A stretch of 64,000 nt of DNA from Ruminococcus sp. (GTDB lineage: Bacteria; Bacillota; Clostridia; Oscillospirales; Acutalibacteraceae): assembly GCA_045539655.1 (NCBI GenBank), contig JAZQFT010000010.1, positions 10,884 through 74,883 on the forward strand, given 5' to 3'. Below the pieces are notes generated by a model. It ran no database searches. It was given only the letters and a program-made list of their open reading frames with translations, and was not told the origin of the DNA. Positions 17,865-28,349 of the stretch are shown here, piece after piece. How positions within the stretch are numbered: position 1 is the first letter of the stretch; every line of letters begins with the position of its first letter. The translations under genes and the position numbers were made by a program.

Positions 17865-20800
17865 ATGAAAGTTAGTTGTGTAAAACGATTGTTTTCTATG
17901 CTGCTGGTTGTAATGATGTTATTTGCTACTATCCAGATTGACGTGTTTGCTCAAGACATCGTCAGTATCGATGAAACGCAAACATCCGACAGCAGCGATA
18001 TCACTCCAACACAGCCCCTCCCTGACACAGAGCAAACGGGCGTTGTGAGTGTTGATTCTGCATCATCACTTCAGGAAGCTATCGCCTTGGGTGCAGAAGA
18101 AATCTGCATTGTCGCAGATTTTGAAATCGACCGCACTTACTATATTACTCATAATTTAATCATATCTTGTGTTGAGGCACACACCCTCACAAGACAGGCG
18201 GATTTCACCGGCGATATATTTGTGGTCGGTGAAAGTGCGGATGGTACCCCTTGTGAAAACAAGGTTGTACTTACAGTAGGTACTGCAGGTGCACAACAAA
18301 ACGATATGCTGACTATTAACGGTAACGCTGAAGCTATGACTGCTGACGTAAAAGGTACGGTGTTCTTTTCTTGCCTTAATGGTCAGGTGGATTTGCATCC
18401 CGACGTTACTGTAACCAACTGTTTGAAAAAGGGCAACGAGCGTGCTCTTGAGAGTCGTCACACTCTTTCAAACTCTCCGGGAAATGTTGGTGGTGCAGTA
18501 GGTATTATTGCAAACAATAGCCAGATGAACATCTACGGCGGCAAGTACACAAACAATGGTGTAGTTGAGTCCGGTTTGTACGGTGGTGCGTTCTTTAACC
18601 ACGGTACGCTGAATGTTTATGATGGTATATATACAGGTAACTTCGCAAGCCGAGCAGGCGTGTTCTACAACTATCGTTCTATGATTATCGAAAAAGGTGT
18701 TCTTGAGAACAACTCTGCTACTACAAATGGTGGTGCGATATACCTGCCATCGAGCTCCGGTGCAATCTTACATGTAGGCGGAGATACCAAAACAGAATCT
18801 GCGCAGGTTATCTTCAAAGACAATACTGCCGGTACAAACGGAGGGGCTATTTCTTCTTCAGGCACTCTGGTGTTACGTAATGTTATGCTCGAGCAAAACA
18901 CTGCTACAAACTCCGGTGGTGCTATCTACGGTGTCGGAGCTTACGATAATATTTCTATCTATGATAGCACTTTGCAAAAGAATAACTCGGGTGAAAACGG
19001 AGGAGCTATCTTCATCAGCGGAACTCGTACCAGCGTTAATGTAGAATTGTTGATATATGATACTTTGTTCTCAGAGAATAGCTCCAAAGCGAATGGCGGT
19101 GCTGTTTGCATCGGTGAAAAATCCAGAGCTTATCTCAGAGATGTGACTTTCAACAAGAACTCAGCTGTTAACGGTGGTGCACTTTATGCTGTTGGTTCAT
19201 ATGCAGAGCTCAACACCGTAACTTTCACCAATAATACATCAACTACCAGTGGTGGCGGTATCTATCTTGGTGAAGGAGCGAAGATGGTTGCTAATGCTAT
19301 CACCGCAAATGAAAACTCCTCAAAGAGTGCAGGTTTTCTGTACGGCATCACAGCCGAGATGTCGATGTATAACAGCTCTATCTGTAACAACACTGCTGAC
19401 AACGGTAGCGCTATGCGCTTGTACACTTCTATGGTGGCAAATCTGTATAACTGTGTTATCAACGACAACACTTGCCGCTCCTCTAACACCGGTAACGCAG
19501 GCGCTTTGTTTATTTATACAGGCGGTACTAAAGTTACATTAAACCACTGTACTTTGAACAATAATACTTCCAGCGGTTTAGGCGGTGCAATTTTATGCTC
19601 CGGCAAGAGTCTGTTGGATATGTTCGATGTTAATGCTACAGGTAATAAAGCAAACAAGGGTGGCTTTATGTACGAAACTGCTGCAGGCACAGTAGTTACT
19701 GCAAGCGGTCTCACCGTTTCTAAAAACACAGCATCTTCAGGTGGCCCTATAATCTGGGGTAATACTCTTAACGCAAAACTTCTGATAAATAAAAACAACT
19801 ATACAGATAAAGATGCTACCTCGGCATTGGATGATGCTTATTGGGCAGCAGCTATCTATAATAAACTGACAGTAACTGACAGCGATGCGCAAATTCCTGA
19901 ATATGAAGAATATGAGCAACCTATATGGGATAGTGAAGCTAGCCCTGATGTCAAAACTGCCAGACAACTTGAGTTAGCGATCAACAGCGGCTATGAGGAA
20001 ATCCGCATTCTAAGAAGTTTTAAAATTGACCGTACTTATTACATCACAAACAATACCCATATCACTTGCGAGGAAGATATCACTCTTGTCAGAAGTGCTG
20101 ATTTTGGTGGAGATATCTTTGTTGTGGGTGAGAGTGCTGACGGTACATCCTGTGCTGATGGCGTCACATTAACATTGGGTGCTGCAGAAACTGATAATAG
20201 TATGCTCTTTATCGACGGTAACAAGGACAATATGACCACTGATGTAACCGGTTGTGTTTTCTTTGTATGTAGTAATAGCCGTGTGAATTTGCATTCCAAT
20301 ACACACATCAAAAATTGTGAAAAATCAGGTAACAACCAGGCGGTTAAAAACCAAGACCAGTTGAGTGTAAAACCGCAGGGTGTTGGCGGCGCTGTCGCTA
20401 TTGTAGCTGAACAGAGCGAAATGAATATTGATGGTTGTTCTTTCAGTAATAACACTTCAGTTGAAACAGACGGTGGTGTTATCTTCAGTTGTGGCACATT
20501 GAATATCAGTAACAGTACATTCAGTGACAACGGAGCTAGTGATGGTGGTGCTATCTATGCATGTTCAGGCACCCTTAATATAAACAATACCACTTTCTCT
20601 TCCAATACAGCCGACAACAGCGGCGGTGCAGTAGCACTCAAAGGCAACGTAATGTATGAATCTACTGATGTAAACTTCTCAAACAACACCAGTGGACAAA
20701 ACGGCGGCGCTATGTATATTTCAACTGATGTCGCAAGCACATTGATGAAAAATACTTTATTCAGCTCAAACACAGCAGGTGAAAATGGCGGTGCTATATA

Positions 20801-23800
20801 TACAGAAGGTTTCAGTGTTGTTGAATTACGCAACACCACTGCTGCTGACAACAGCGCAAACTACGGTGCTGTAATTTATGCAAACGGTCCATCTGTAGAT
20901 ATAACAATTAACGGCATGACTGTTAATAACAACAAGGCTACTACAGCCGGCGACCTTATCTATGGTAATTCATCTCGTGCTACCTTGTGGATTGACAAGG
21001 ATAAGTACACTGACCAGGATGAAAATGTCGTTTTAGACGAAGAATATTGGAAAAAAGCTATCGCCGGTTCTATCAAAGCTTATAACACAAATGATACTTC
21101 CCCGGAAATTGATGGCACAGTTATCGATGTTTCGTCTTCAAAACAGCTTGAAGATGCTATAAACAATAAGAGCAGATACATCCGCATCGTATCTGATTTT
21201 GAGGTTGACAGAACTTATTACATCACAGCAGAAATCACCATTTTCTCTGATGAGGCGCACACACTTACCCGTGAAGCAAACTTTGGTGGCGATATCTTTG
21301 TAGTAGGTGAAACTTACGGTGGTTCTAAAGCCTACTATAAAAGCTCTGATGTCAAGTTGACTCTGGGTAATCCTGGCTCTGCAGTGCCAAATATGTTGAT
21401 CATCGATGGTAATATGGACAATATGCAAGCAACTGTTAAAGGTTCCGTATTTTTCGTATGTTATGGTGGCAGTGTAGATTTATATGATAATGTAACCATC
21501 AGAAACTGTTACAAACAGGACAACGAAAAAACCTATAACGCAGATTATCAGCTGTCCCGTCCAAACCGCATCGGTGGCTCTGTTGCCGTTATTTCTAACG
21601 GTACAGTAACCGTGTATGGTGGTAACTATAAGAACAACAAGATTAATATCGAAGATTCCAGCACAGAAGAGGGTAGAAACAGTTCCATCGGTGGCGTATT
21701 CTATAATGAAGGCAACCTGTTTATCCACGGTGGTACATTTGATTCAAACGAGGGTGCTCGTGGCGCTATCGTGTATAACTATCAGACAGTTAAATTCACT
21801 GCCGGTACTTTTATCAACAACAACGCAACAAAGTACGGTGCACTATACTACGCACCTAGTTCTGCTGCTACACAAGTGGTTATCGGTAACACCGACGAAG
21901 ATGGCGAAAAGGTGATGGTTAAAGGTAACACTGCCCATCTGGGTGCCGGTGCTATTTACTCTTCACACTTCAGCGCAGTGCTGATTTTAGGTAATACCTC
22001 ATTCAGATATAATACTGTTAATTCAGGTGATGGCGGTGTTGTTTCTGTCATAGGTGCCTTTACTGCAAAGAATACAGAATTCATCGGCAATCGCTCATCT
22101 GGCGATGGCGGAGCTCTTTATTTATCACGCTCTGAAAATGATGAAATTACACGACTGATGAACGTTAGCAACTGTACCTTTAAAGAAAACCGTGCAAAAC
22201 ATGGCGGTGCGATATTAGTGACCTCAGCCGCTGCGCAGAAGTATTCTAAGGGTGCTAAGGCTACAATAACCGACTGTTATTTTGAGAGAAATAAAGCTTC
22301 AGGTGAGGCAGGAGCTATATACGTGATCAATAAATCACAAGTTAATCTTGTGAACAACACCTTTAGTGAAAATATAGCTACATCTCATGGTGGTGCTCTG
22401 TCTATCCGTAGTGCATGGGTGAACATCTGCGGTGACCAATTTATCAACAATACAACAAAGGCAAACGGCGGTGCAATGTATCTTGCGTACAGCAGCGCTA
22501 TGGACATCAACGCTCACGTCACTATTGACGGTGCTACATATAAACAAAACAGCGGTGTTTACGGCGGTGCTTTCTATATGACTCGTCGTGGCATCGAAGA
22601 AGATGCAGTACTGCTTAATGTTAAGAACACTACATTTGAGAAGAACCACGCTTCTAAAGATGGCGGTGTCTGCTTGCTTAATGCCGGTGTAAAAACCAAG
22701 TTTACAAACGTAAACTTTGTAGAAAACAATGCATCTGATGAAGCCGGTGCTGTTTCGGTACCAAGCAACAGCGTGTTTGAAATGGATGGTGGTACCTTTA
22801 CAGGCAACACCGCAAAATACGGCGGCGGTATTCGTATAGCTTCCGGTGGTAGTGCTTCAATTTATGATATCAATGCTACTGAAAACACAGCAACTTCACA
22901 AGGTGGGTTTATATACAACGAAGGCGGCGTACTGAATATATACGACAGCACCATAAGCAACAACTCTGCTGTATCCGGTGGTGCTATGTATCTGTACACT
23001 GGTGCTTTGAATAATATCTACAATACCACTTTTGAAAACAACACTACATACAGTGGGGATAACGGTAACGGTGGTGCGTTGTTTATCTATACCGGTAACA
23101 CGAAAACCGTTGTTCATTCCTGTTCTTTCCTTAACAATGAAACAACAGGGCTTGGCGGTGCTATGTATATTTCAGGCGAGAGCATTGCGCAGTTGTATAA
23201 CAATACAGCTATCGCAAACAAAGCTGCAAAAGGCGGATTTTTGTATATTACAAAAGCTAATACTGTTGTAGATCTCGTTGGTGTAACCGTGTCTGAAAAT
23301 ACAGCTACTGATGGTGGTAACATCATCTGGGGTAATACTCTCAATGCTGTTTTGAACATTGATAAGTCTAAATACACCGACAAAGCCACAACAACTTTAG
23401 ATGAAGCATATTGGACATCGGCGATTGCAAATCTGCTGACTGTCAACGAAATCACAAAAGACATACCTCCTTATGAAGAGAAAATCGACCCTGTTGATCC
23501 TCCTTCTACTAAAAAGCCGGTGTCTGTTGAAGATGTATTCAAACTGGGTGAAAATTCCAGTGATGCATCTATTGATTCTTCATACGATAAACTAAAGCGT
23601 TTAGATACAAGCTCTAACCTGATGAGCCGTTCTACTGCGAATTATCCGAATATCAACGGTAAGACCGTTACTGTAGATACTTATGTTTATCCGACTAACG
23701 GCAAAGCTGATAATGGTATCGTGGGTCTGGGTATTCTGTTGTATCAATCTTTGCTTTATAAGAAGGCTAACCCTGAAGAAGAAATGTATATTGACGTTTC

Positions 23801-26800
23801 ATCATATCGTTTTTCTGTTCAGGCTGGTGTCAATATCAACCGCAATAGCCGCTACTTCGGTTATGAGCGAGATCTGGTGGGCAAGAACTATGACGAATAC
23901 GGCTTTGTTCGTTTGTCATATCTCTTGATTACAGCCGCAAAAATGGGTATCCATGTAAATGTTATCGGTCAGTTGGATGGATATCCGATATCAAAGTCTA
24001 ACCCTAACTTCTATGAATACTTTACACAGCAGCTCGAAGATCCTTGCGATCCTAAGTACGCTGATGGTAAAGTTATCGGTGATTATCTTGACTTCAACTT
24101 CTGCTACTGGACTTTAGATGCTAAGGGTGGCACAGATATGATGCACAACAAAATGTGTGCTGTATCCCACTATCTTGATAAAAACGGCAAGGCCCACAGA
24201 AACGCTGTGTGGTCCTCAAGCTCCAATCTGGATGGTGTTAAGCCTGACGGTAGAAACGCTAACTGGAAACAGCAAACAGCGACTACTATCACAAACCACG
24301 ATGAGCTGTACCGCATATCCGTAAACTATATGAGATTGATTTCAAGCCTGTGCGGTCAGGAAGAGGTCATTGAGTTCCAGAATACCGTCAACGAGAGAAG
24401 TACAAAGCAGATTGACCTGCTGTTGCAAGGAAGAGGCGACGAAATCCCTGCTGATGAACAGATTGTTTATATCGGCACTGAAAACGATAGCGTCTTCGAA
24501 CTATACTTCACTCCTTTGGGTGGCGGAAGACTTGCATGGAGCGAAAAATACAATCCTTATTGTAAATATATCCGCGAGATGTATGATTCAGAGGATTATA
24601 TCATTTTCAACTGGAGCGCAGCCGAGTATTCGGGCAAATTCACTCTTGGGGCTCAGCTTGAAGATTTGATTATCAAGGCGTTCCACGAAAACAAAAATCC
24701 TAAAAACAAAATTTTCTCTCATATGGAGAGTTTTGATGCATCTACATTTGATGACCTGGTAGTAGGCAAGGACATCGGATTTAAATCCTTCATGGAAAGA
24801 CCAAATGGTCAGATTCATAACAAGGATGTACAGTTGTCCTATGTAAAGGACGGTCAAAGATATTTTGTCACTCTGCTCAATTCTTTGAACGTTCATAGCG
24901 GTTCTATGTATTATCAGTCTAACTTCATTTTAGTCGTTAAAGAGAAGAGTTGTGCTGAAAACGGCGTATTTTCTACAATAGCCCGCTACTCCACAACAGG
25001 CGACCTCGCAGCGCACACTTACGGCAAAGAGAAAACTGTGAGCTCCACTTCTACTAAAGAGGGTTACAGTTACAGAGAGTGTATCTACTGCAAACACAAG
25101 ATGGTTGAGCAGAATGTAGATATGACAAAGGTCAACGGTGTAACATTTACTAAATCAACCTCTATCAACGTAGATACTAACATCACCACTACTCCTCGCA
25201 CCCTCGAAGCACGAATTCAGATTCCTAAGAGTATGGACGACCGTGTAGGTATCATTGTCGGTAACTACAGCACAACCGATACGAGTATCGTTAATTTAGA
25301 GGGATCAACTAAAGGCAGAATTAAGCTGTACATCAAGAACAACGATGAAGTGTTCTCTCATACGTTCAAAAAAGATGTCAGATCGAGTTCGCCGGTAGAT
25401 ATTGCGGTGACTATTTCGTCAAACCAGGCTACTCTGTACGTAAATGGTACAAAAACAGAGAGCGTGACACTTAAAGTTGCTTTGCCGGAATTAACACACA
25501 AACTGAAAGTCGGTGGTGACAACCGAAAGAATAACGAGCAGTATTTCAAAGGCAGGATTTATAACGTGCATCTGTTTGCAACAGAGCGCAGTGCATCGCA
25601 AATCCGTAAGGATCACTTGCTTGTGTGTCGAGATGCTGAAGGTCTGATCTATTCTGAGTATTACACAGATAGTGCTGCACCTACAGCAACAAAGTTGGAC
25701 TACAATACATTTTCTGCGAAAAAGCTCAACAGACTGAGCAAGGCGCTGCCTGCTGCCCCTAAGACCATCGAGGCTACTATCGCTTTGTCTAATAGTGTCA
25801 AAGGTCGTGGCGGTGTTATCTTTGGTAACTATAACAGCAGCTATAAGGCACCGATAAATGTAGAAATTGCGGAAGGCGGCAAGGTAAGACTGTACTTCAG
25901 AAATGGTGGCAAAACCGTGTCTCACATCTTTAAAACAGATGTCAGAACAAAGAGTGGTACTACACATATTGCGTTGACTTTGTCAGGCAAGAACGCTACT
26001 TTGTATATCAACGGCGTCAAAAAGGAAACAGTCAAATTTAAAGTGAGCATACCAAATGCTACCAAGAACTTCTGCGTTGGTGGTGACAATCGTAAGGGTA
26101 ACGCTCAGTACTTTAAGGGCAAGATCTACAGTGTTAATGTGTTCAGCGATGTAAGAACATCAAGTGAGATAAAACGTGACTACAGGTTGGTCGATTGTAA
26201 TACAAGCAAGCTGATATACTCTGCTTATATGACTCCTACATCCAACACCAAAGCTACACTTAAGGGCATGACTTTCTCTGCTGACTCAAAGAACGAAATC
26301 AGTACACTTAAGTCAAGACCTTACACTATCGAAGCTACAGTTGCTTTGTCCAAGAGTGTTAAAGATCGTGCTGGTGTAGTTTTTGGTAACTACAGCGAGG
26401 ACATATCTGCACCGTTGAATCTTGAAATCTACTCTAACGGCAGACCTAGATTGTACTTTAAAAACGGTAGCACAACTGTGTCTCACATCTTTAAGTCTGA
26501 TGTCAGAACAAATAGCGGTACTACACATATTGCTTTGACGGTATCAGGTAAGACAGCAACACTGTATTTGAATGGTGTCAAAAAAGAAACCGCCACACTG
26601 AAAGCAAGCATACCAAACGCAACGAAGAAATTCTGTATTGGTGGCGATAATCGCAAGGGCAATGCACAGTACTTCAGAGGCAAGATTTACAGCGTTAATG
26701 TTTTCAGCGATGTAAGAACAGCTGCTGAGATCAAAAAAGATGCAATAGAAGTAACAGTAAACGCTGCTTCTGTATTATACAGTGCATACTTCTGTAATGA

Positions 26801-26978
26801 TCCATGCGCTATCAGTTGTGTCGGCAAGAGCCACACAGTGAGCAGTTGGAAAACTGCCCATGCTGCTACAAGCACAGTATGCGGTATAAAACAAAAGAAG
26901 TGTAGTGACTGTGGTAAAGTCTTGGCAGTAAAAGAGGTTATGAAAACCGCATCCACAACTACTGCACTTAAAAACTAA
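17865..26978 (+). CDS. Giant (3037 aa) secreted surface protein: Pmp-like GGA(I/V)/FxxN beta-helix repeats, PLD-superfamily-like domain, 3x LamG
   Basis: Signal peptide; dozens of FxxNxAxxxGGA(I/V/M) repeats; two HNK motifs (MHNKMCAV..SSSNL at ~24144, IHNKDVQL..NSLNV at ~24816); three LamG repeats (TIEA..GVIFGNY..HIALT..LYING..F.VGGDNR..YF.GKIY.V). Confidence 0.8.
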   Translation: MKVSCVKRLFSMLLVVMMLFATIQIDVFAQDIVSIDETQTSDSSDITPTQPLPDTEQTGVVSVDSASSLQEAIALGAEEICIVADFEIDRTYYITHNLIISCVEAHTLTRQADFTGDIFVVGESADGTPCENKVVLTVGTAGAQQNDMLTINGNAEAMTADVKGTVFFSCLNGQVDLHPDVTVTNCLKKGNERALESRHTLSNSPGNVGGAVGIIANNSQMNIYGGKYTNNGVVESGLYGGAFFNHGTLNVYDGIYTGNFASRAGVFYNYRSMIIEKGVLENNSATTNGGAIYLPSSSGAILHVGGDTKTESAQVIFKDNTAGTNGGAISSSGTLVLRNVMLEQNTATNSGGAIYGVGAYDNISIYDSTLQKNNSGENGGAIFISGTRTSVNVELLIYDTLFSENSSKANGGAVCIGEKSRAYLRDVTFNKNSAVNGGALYAVGSYAELNTVTFTNNTSTTSGGGIYLGEGAKMVANAITANENSSKSAGFLYGITAEMSMYNSSICNNTADNGSAMRLYTSMVANLYNCVINDNTCRSSNTGNAGALFIYTGGTKVTLNHCTLNNNTSSGLGGAILCSGKSLLDMFDVNATGNKANKGGFMYETAAGTVVTASGLTVSKNTASSGGPIIWGNTLNAKLLINKNNYTDKDATSALDDAYWAAAIYNKLTVTDSDAQIPEYEEYEQPIWDSEASPDVKTARQLELAINSGYEEIRILRSFKIDRTYYITNNTHITCEEDITLVRSADFGGDIFVVGESADGTSCADGVTLTLGAAETDNSMLFIDGNKDNMTTDVTGCVFFVCSNSRVNLHSNTHIKNCEKSGNNQAVKNQDQLSVKPQGVGGAVAIVAEQSEMNIDGCSFSNNTSVETDGGVIFSCGTLNISNSTFSDNGASDGGAIYACSGTLNINNTTFSSNTADNSGGAVALKGNVMYESTDVNFSNNTSGQNGGAMYISTDVASTLMKNTLFSSNTAGENGGAIYTEGFSVVELRNTTAADNSANYGAVIYANGPSVDITINGMTVNNNKATTAGDLIYGNSSRATLWIDKDKYTDQDENVVLDEEYWKKAIAGSIKAYNTNDTSPEIDGTVIDVSSSKQLEDAINNKSRYIRIVSDFEVDRTYYITAEITIFSDEAHTLTREANFGGDIFVVGETYGGSKAYYKSSDVKLTLGNPGSAVPNMLIIDGNMDNMQATVKGSVFFVCYGGSVDLYDNVTIRNCYKQDNEKTYNADYQLSRPNRIGGSVAVISNGTVTVYGGNYKNNKINIEDSSTEEGRNSSIGGVFYNEGNLFIHGGTFDSNEGARGAIVYNYQTVKFTAGTFINNNATKYGALYYAPSSAATQVVIGNTDEDGEKVMVKGNTAHLGAGAIYSSHFSAVLILGNTSFRYNTVNSGDGGVVSVIGAFTAKNTEFIGNRSSGDGGALYLSRSENDEITRLMNVSNCTFKENRAKHGGAILVTSAAAQKYSKGAKATITDCYFERNKASGEAGAIYVINKSQVNLVNNTFSENIATSHGGALSIRSAWVNICGDQFINNTTKANGGAMYLAYSSAMDINAHVTIDGATYKQNSGVYGGAFYMTRRGIEEDAVLLNVKNTTFEKNHASKDGGVCLLNAGVKTKFTNVNFVENNASDEAGAVSVPSNSVFEMDGGTFTGNTAKYGGGIRIASGGSASIYDINATENTATSQGGFIYNEGGVLNIYDSTISNNSAVSGGAMYLYTGALNNIYNTTFENNTTYSGDNGNGGALFIYTGNTKTVVHSCSFLNNETTGLGGAMYISGESIAQLYNNTAIANKAAKGGFLYITKANTVVDLVGVTVSENTATDGGNIIWGNTLNAVLNIDKSKYTDKATTTLDEAYWTSAIANLLTVNEITKDIPPYEEKIDPVDPPSTKKPVSVEDVFKLGENSSDASIDSSYDKLKRLDTSSNLMSRSTANYPNINGKTVTVDTYVYPTNGKADNGIVGLGILLYQSLLYKKANPEEEMYIDVSSYRFSVQAGVNINRNSRYFGYERDLVGKNYDEYGFVRLSYLLITAAKMGIHVNVIGQLDGYPISKSNPNFYEYFTQQLEDPCDPKYADGKVIGDYLDFNFCYWTLDAKGGTDMMHNKMCAVSHYLDKNGKAHRNAVWSSSSNLDGVKPDGRNANWKQQTATTITNHDELYRISVNYMRLISSLCGQEEVIEFQNTVNERSTKQIDLLLQGRGDEIPADEQIVYIGTENDSVFELYFTPLGGGRLAWSEKYNPYCKYIREMYDSEDYIIFNWSAAEYSGKFTLGAQLEDLIIKAFHENKNPKNKIFSHMESFDASTFDDLVVGKDIGFKSFMERPNGQIHNKDVQLSYVKDGQRYFVTLLNSLNVHSGSMYYQSNFILVVKEKSCAENGVFSTIARYSTTGDLAAHTYGKEKTVSSTSTKEGYSYRECIYCKHKMVEQNVDMTKVNGVTFTKSTSINVDTNITTTPRTLEARIQIPKSMDDRVGIIVGNYSTTDTSIVNLEGSTKGRIKLYIKNNDEVFSHTFKKDVRSSSPVDIAVTISSNQATLYVNGTKTESVTLKVALPELTHKLKVGGDNRKNNEQYFKGRIYNVHLFATERSASQIRKDHLLVCRDAEGLIYSEYYTDSAAPTATKLDYNTFSAKKLNRLSKALPAAPKTIEATIALSNSVKGRGGVIFGNYNSSYKAPINVEIAEGGKVRLYFRNGGKTVSHIFKTDVRTKSGTTHIALTLSGKNATLYINGVKKETVKFKVSIPNATKNFCVGGDNRKGNAQYFKGKIYSVNVFSDVRTSSEIKRDYRLVDCNTSKLIYSAYMTPTSNTKATLKGMTFSADSKNEISTLKSRPYTIEATVALSKSVKDRAGVVFGNYSEDISAPLNLEIYSNGRPRLYFKNGSTTVSHIFKSDVRTNSGTTHIALTVSGKTATLYLNGVKKETATLKASIPNATKKFCIGGDNRKGNAQYFRGKIYSVNVFSDVRTAAEIKKDAIEVTVNAASVLYSAYFCNDPCAISCVGKSHTVSSWKTAHAATSTVCGIKQKKCSDCGKVLAVKEVMKTASTTTALKN
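25195..26790. repeat. Three tandem ~560-bp LamG-encoding repeats
   Basis: Units at ~25195, ~25755 and ~26315; units 2 and 3 share long near-identical tracts (gtgtctcacatcttta..gatgtcagaacaaa, ggtactacacatattgc). Confidence 0.8.
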
Positions 26979-27012
26979 AGGTTTAATACACAAAATGTAT
27001 AATGAATAAATA

Positions 27013-27113
27013 AAAAGCGGGATTGATGCGTACTGTATCAATCCCGCTTTTTGTGGAATATACTATTTTGCAAAAAAAGACCACTGTGAATCGCAGTGGT
27101 CTTAAATATTGTG
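27013..27113. terminator. Two terminators between convergent genes
   Basis: AAAAAGCGGGATTGAT..ATCAATCCCGCTTTTT and AAGACCACTG..CAGTGGTCTT. Confidence 0.75.
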
Positions 27114-27255
27114 TAAAAACTAAAGCCCGAGGTACTGCTGACAATCAGTCAGGATGTACCAATTTTTCAAATTAAAGGGCAGTGAACTTGCTATGAATAA
27201 ACAGTTTCTTTATAACTGCGTTGATGGCGATACGTTTGCAAATAGTCATGCACAC

Positions 27256-28269
27256 TTATTCACAGCTGTTGCATTTGCTTCGGTGATGTATCAGCTGTGC
27301 AGTGATGGAAACGGCGATTTCAGCTGGAGTTACTGCGCCGATTTCGATGCCGATTGGTGAGTGGATTTGCTGTATCTCGTCTTCATCAAAGCCACAGGAC
27401 AAAAGATAATCAACCATAGCTTTGACTTTCTTTTTGCTACCTATCACGCCTAAGTACGATGGGTGCTTTGACATAATCTGAGATAGCACTTCGTTGTCGC
27501 TTTTGTGACCACGTGTGAGAACTACAGCGTAGTCGTTTTCTGTGATATTTATATGCTCGTTTATGTGAAGAAAGCTGTTGTTCACAACTTTTTCGATATT
27601 GCCGAAGAGACTTTTTTCAGCGAATTTTTCGTTGTCTTCATATACTACTACCCGAAAGTCTGTGGATATGAGCATCGGACACAGCGCCTGTGACACGTGA
27701 CCTCCGCCGAAGATATACACAACGCCAGTCTGAGTGAGTGGCTCGATGTATATTTTTTTCTCTTCAAAGTAGTGCGGTGTGATGAAAGAAGTCGGCTCAA
27801 CATTGATATCTTGAGAGACGTTTTGCAGTCCGTTTGTGTCATCGAAAGTACCTATTTGGGGATTATTTTCATCCAAAATGCTGACTAGATACGACTTTGT
27901 GTTGTTGTCGAGAAAGGAGCAGATTTTCTGGAATATATCGACGGTTTTTGAATCTGAAGCAAAAAGATGATGGAAGAAAATGCTCGCACTTCCGCCACAT
28001 ACCATACCGAGGTTTTGAGCGTCGTTGTGGTTTAAGATGTATGTTTTTTGAAAACTCTTTTGTTGGTTGAGAGACTTTTTTGCAAGCTGGGTGCAGTCGT
28101 ATTCGATAGCTCCGCCACCGACAGTGCCAACAGTGGAGTCATCTGCAAAATACGCCATTTTTGCGCCCATCTTGCGAGGGGTTGAGCCTATACTTTTGTA
28201 CAAGCTCATCAGCACCACATCGTGTCCGCTTTTGAGTTGTGAAAAGATTTTTTTGTACATTTCTTTCAT
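27256..28269 (-). CDS. xdhC: XdhC/CoxI-family molybdoenzyme accessory protein
   Basis: GSTPRKMGAKM, GTVGGGAIE, LGMVCGG, YIFGGGHVS, VLTRGHKSD, YLGVIGSKKK, HSPIGIEIGAVTPAEIAVSI. Confidence 0.92.
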   Translation of the reverse strand: MKEMYKKIFSQLKSGHDVVLMSLYKSIGSTPRKMGAKMAYFADDSTVGTVGGGAIEYDCTQLAKKSLNQQKSFQKTYILNHNDAQNLGMVCGGSASIFFHHLFASDSKTVDIFQKICSFLDNNTKSYLVSILDENNPQIGTFDDTNGLQNVSQDINVEPTSFITPHYFEEKKIYIEPLTQTGVVYIFGGGHVSQALCPMLISTDFRVVVYEDNEKFAEKSLFGNIEKVVNNSFLHINEHINITENDYAVVLTRGHKSDNEVLSQIMSKHPSYLGVIGSKKKVKAMVDYLLSCGFDEDEIQQIHSPIGIEIGAVTPAEIAVSITAQLIHHRSKCNSCE

Positions 28270-28349
28270 ACTATCACCAAGATCATTTTAGCACACAGCA
28301 CTTGTGCGGTCAAACAAAAAAAGGTCATCGTGTGAGATGACCTTTTTTA

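Noticed and set aside
17865-26978. Possible CRISPR or autotransporter signal in the repetitive giant gene
   Set aside because: The repeats are in-frame degenerate protein repeats. There is no C-terminal beta-barrel and the host is Gram-positive.
27172-27249. 25-codon minus-strand ORF right after xdhC, and the 27154-27360 plus-strand ORF
   Set aside because: No RBS, no recognisable motif; the plus-strand ORF overlaps xdhC antisense.
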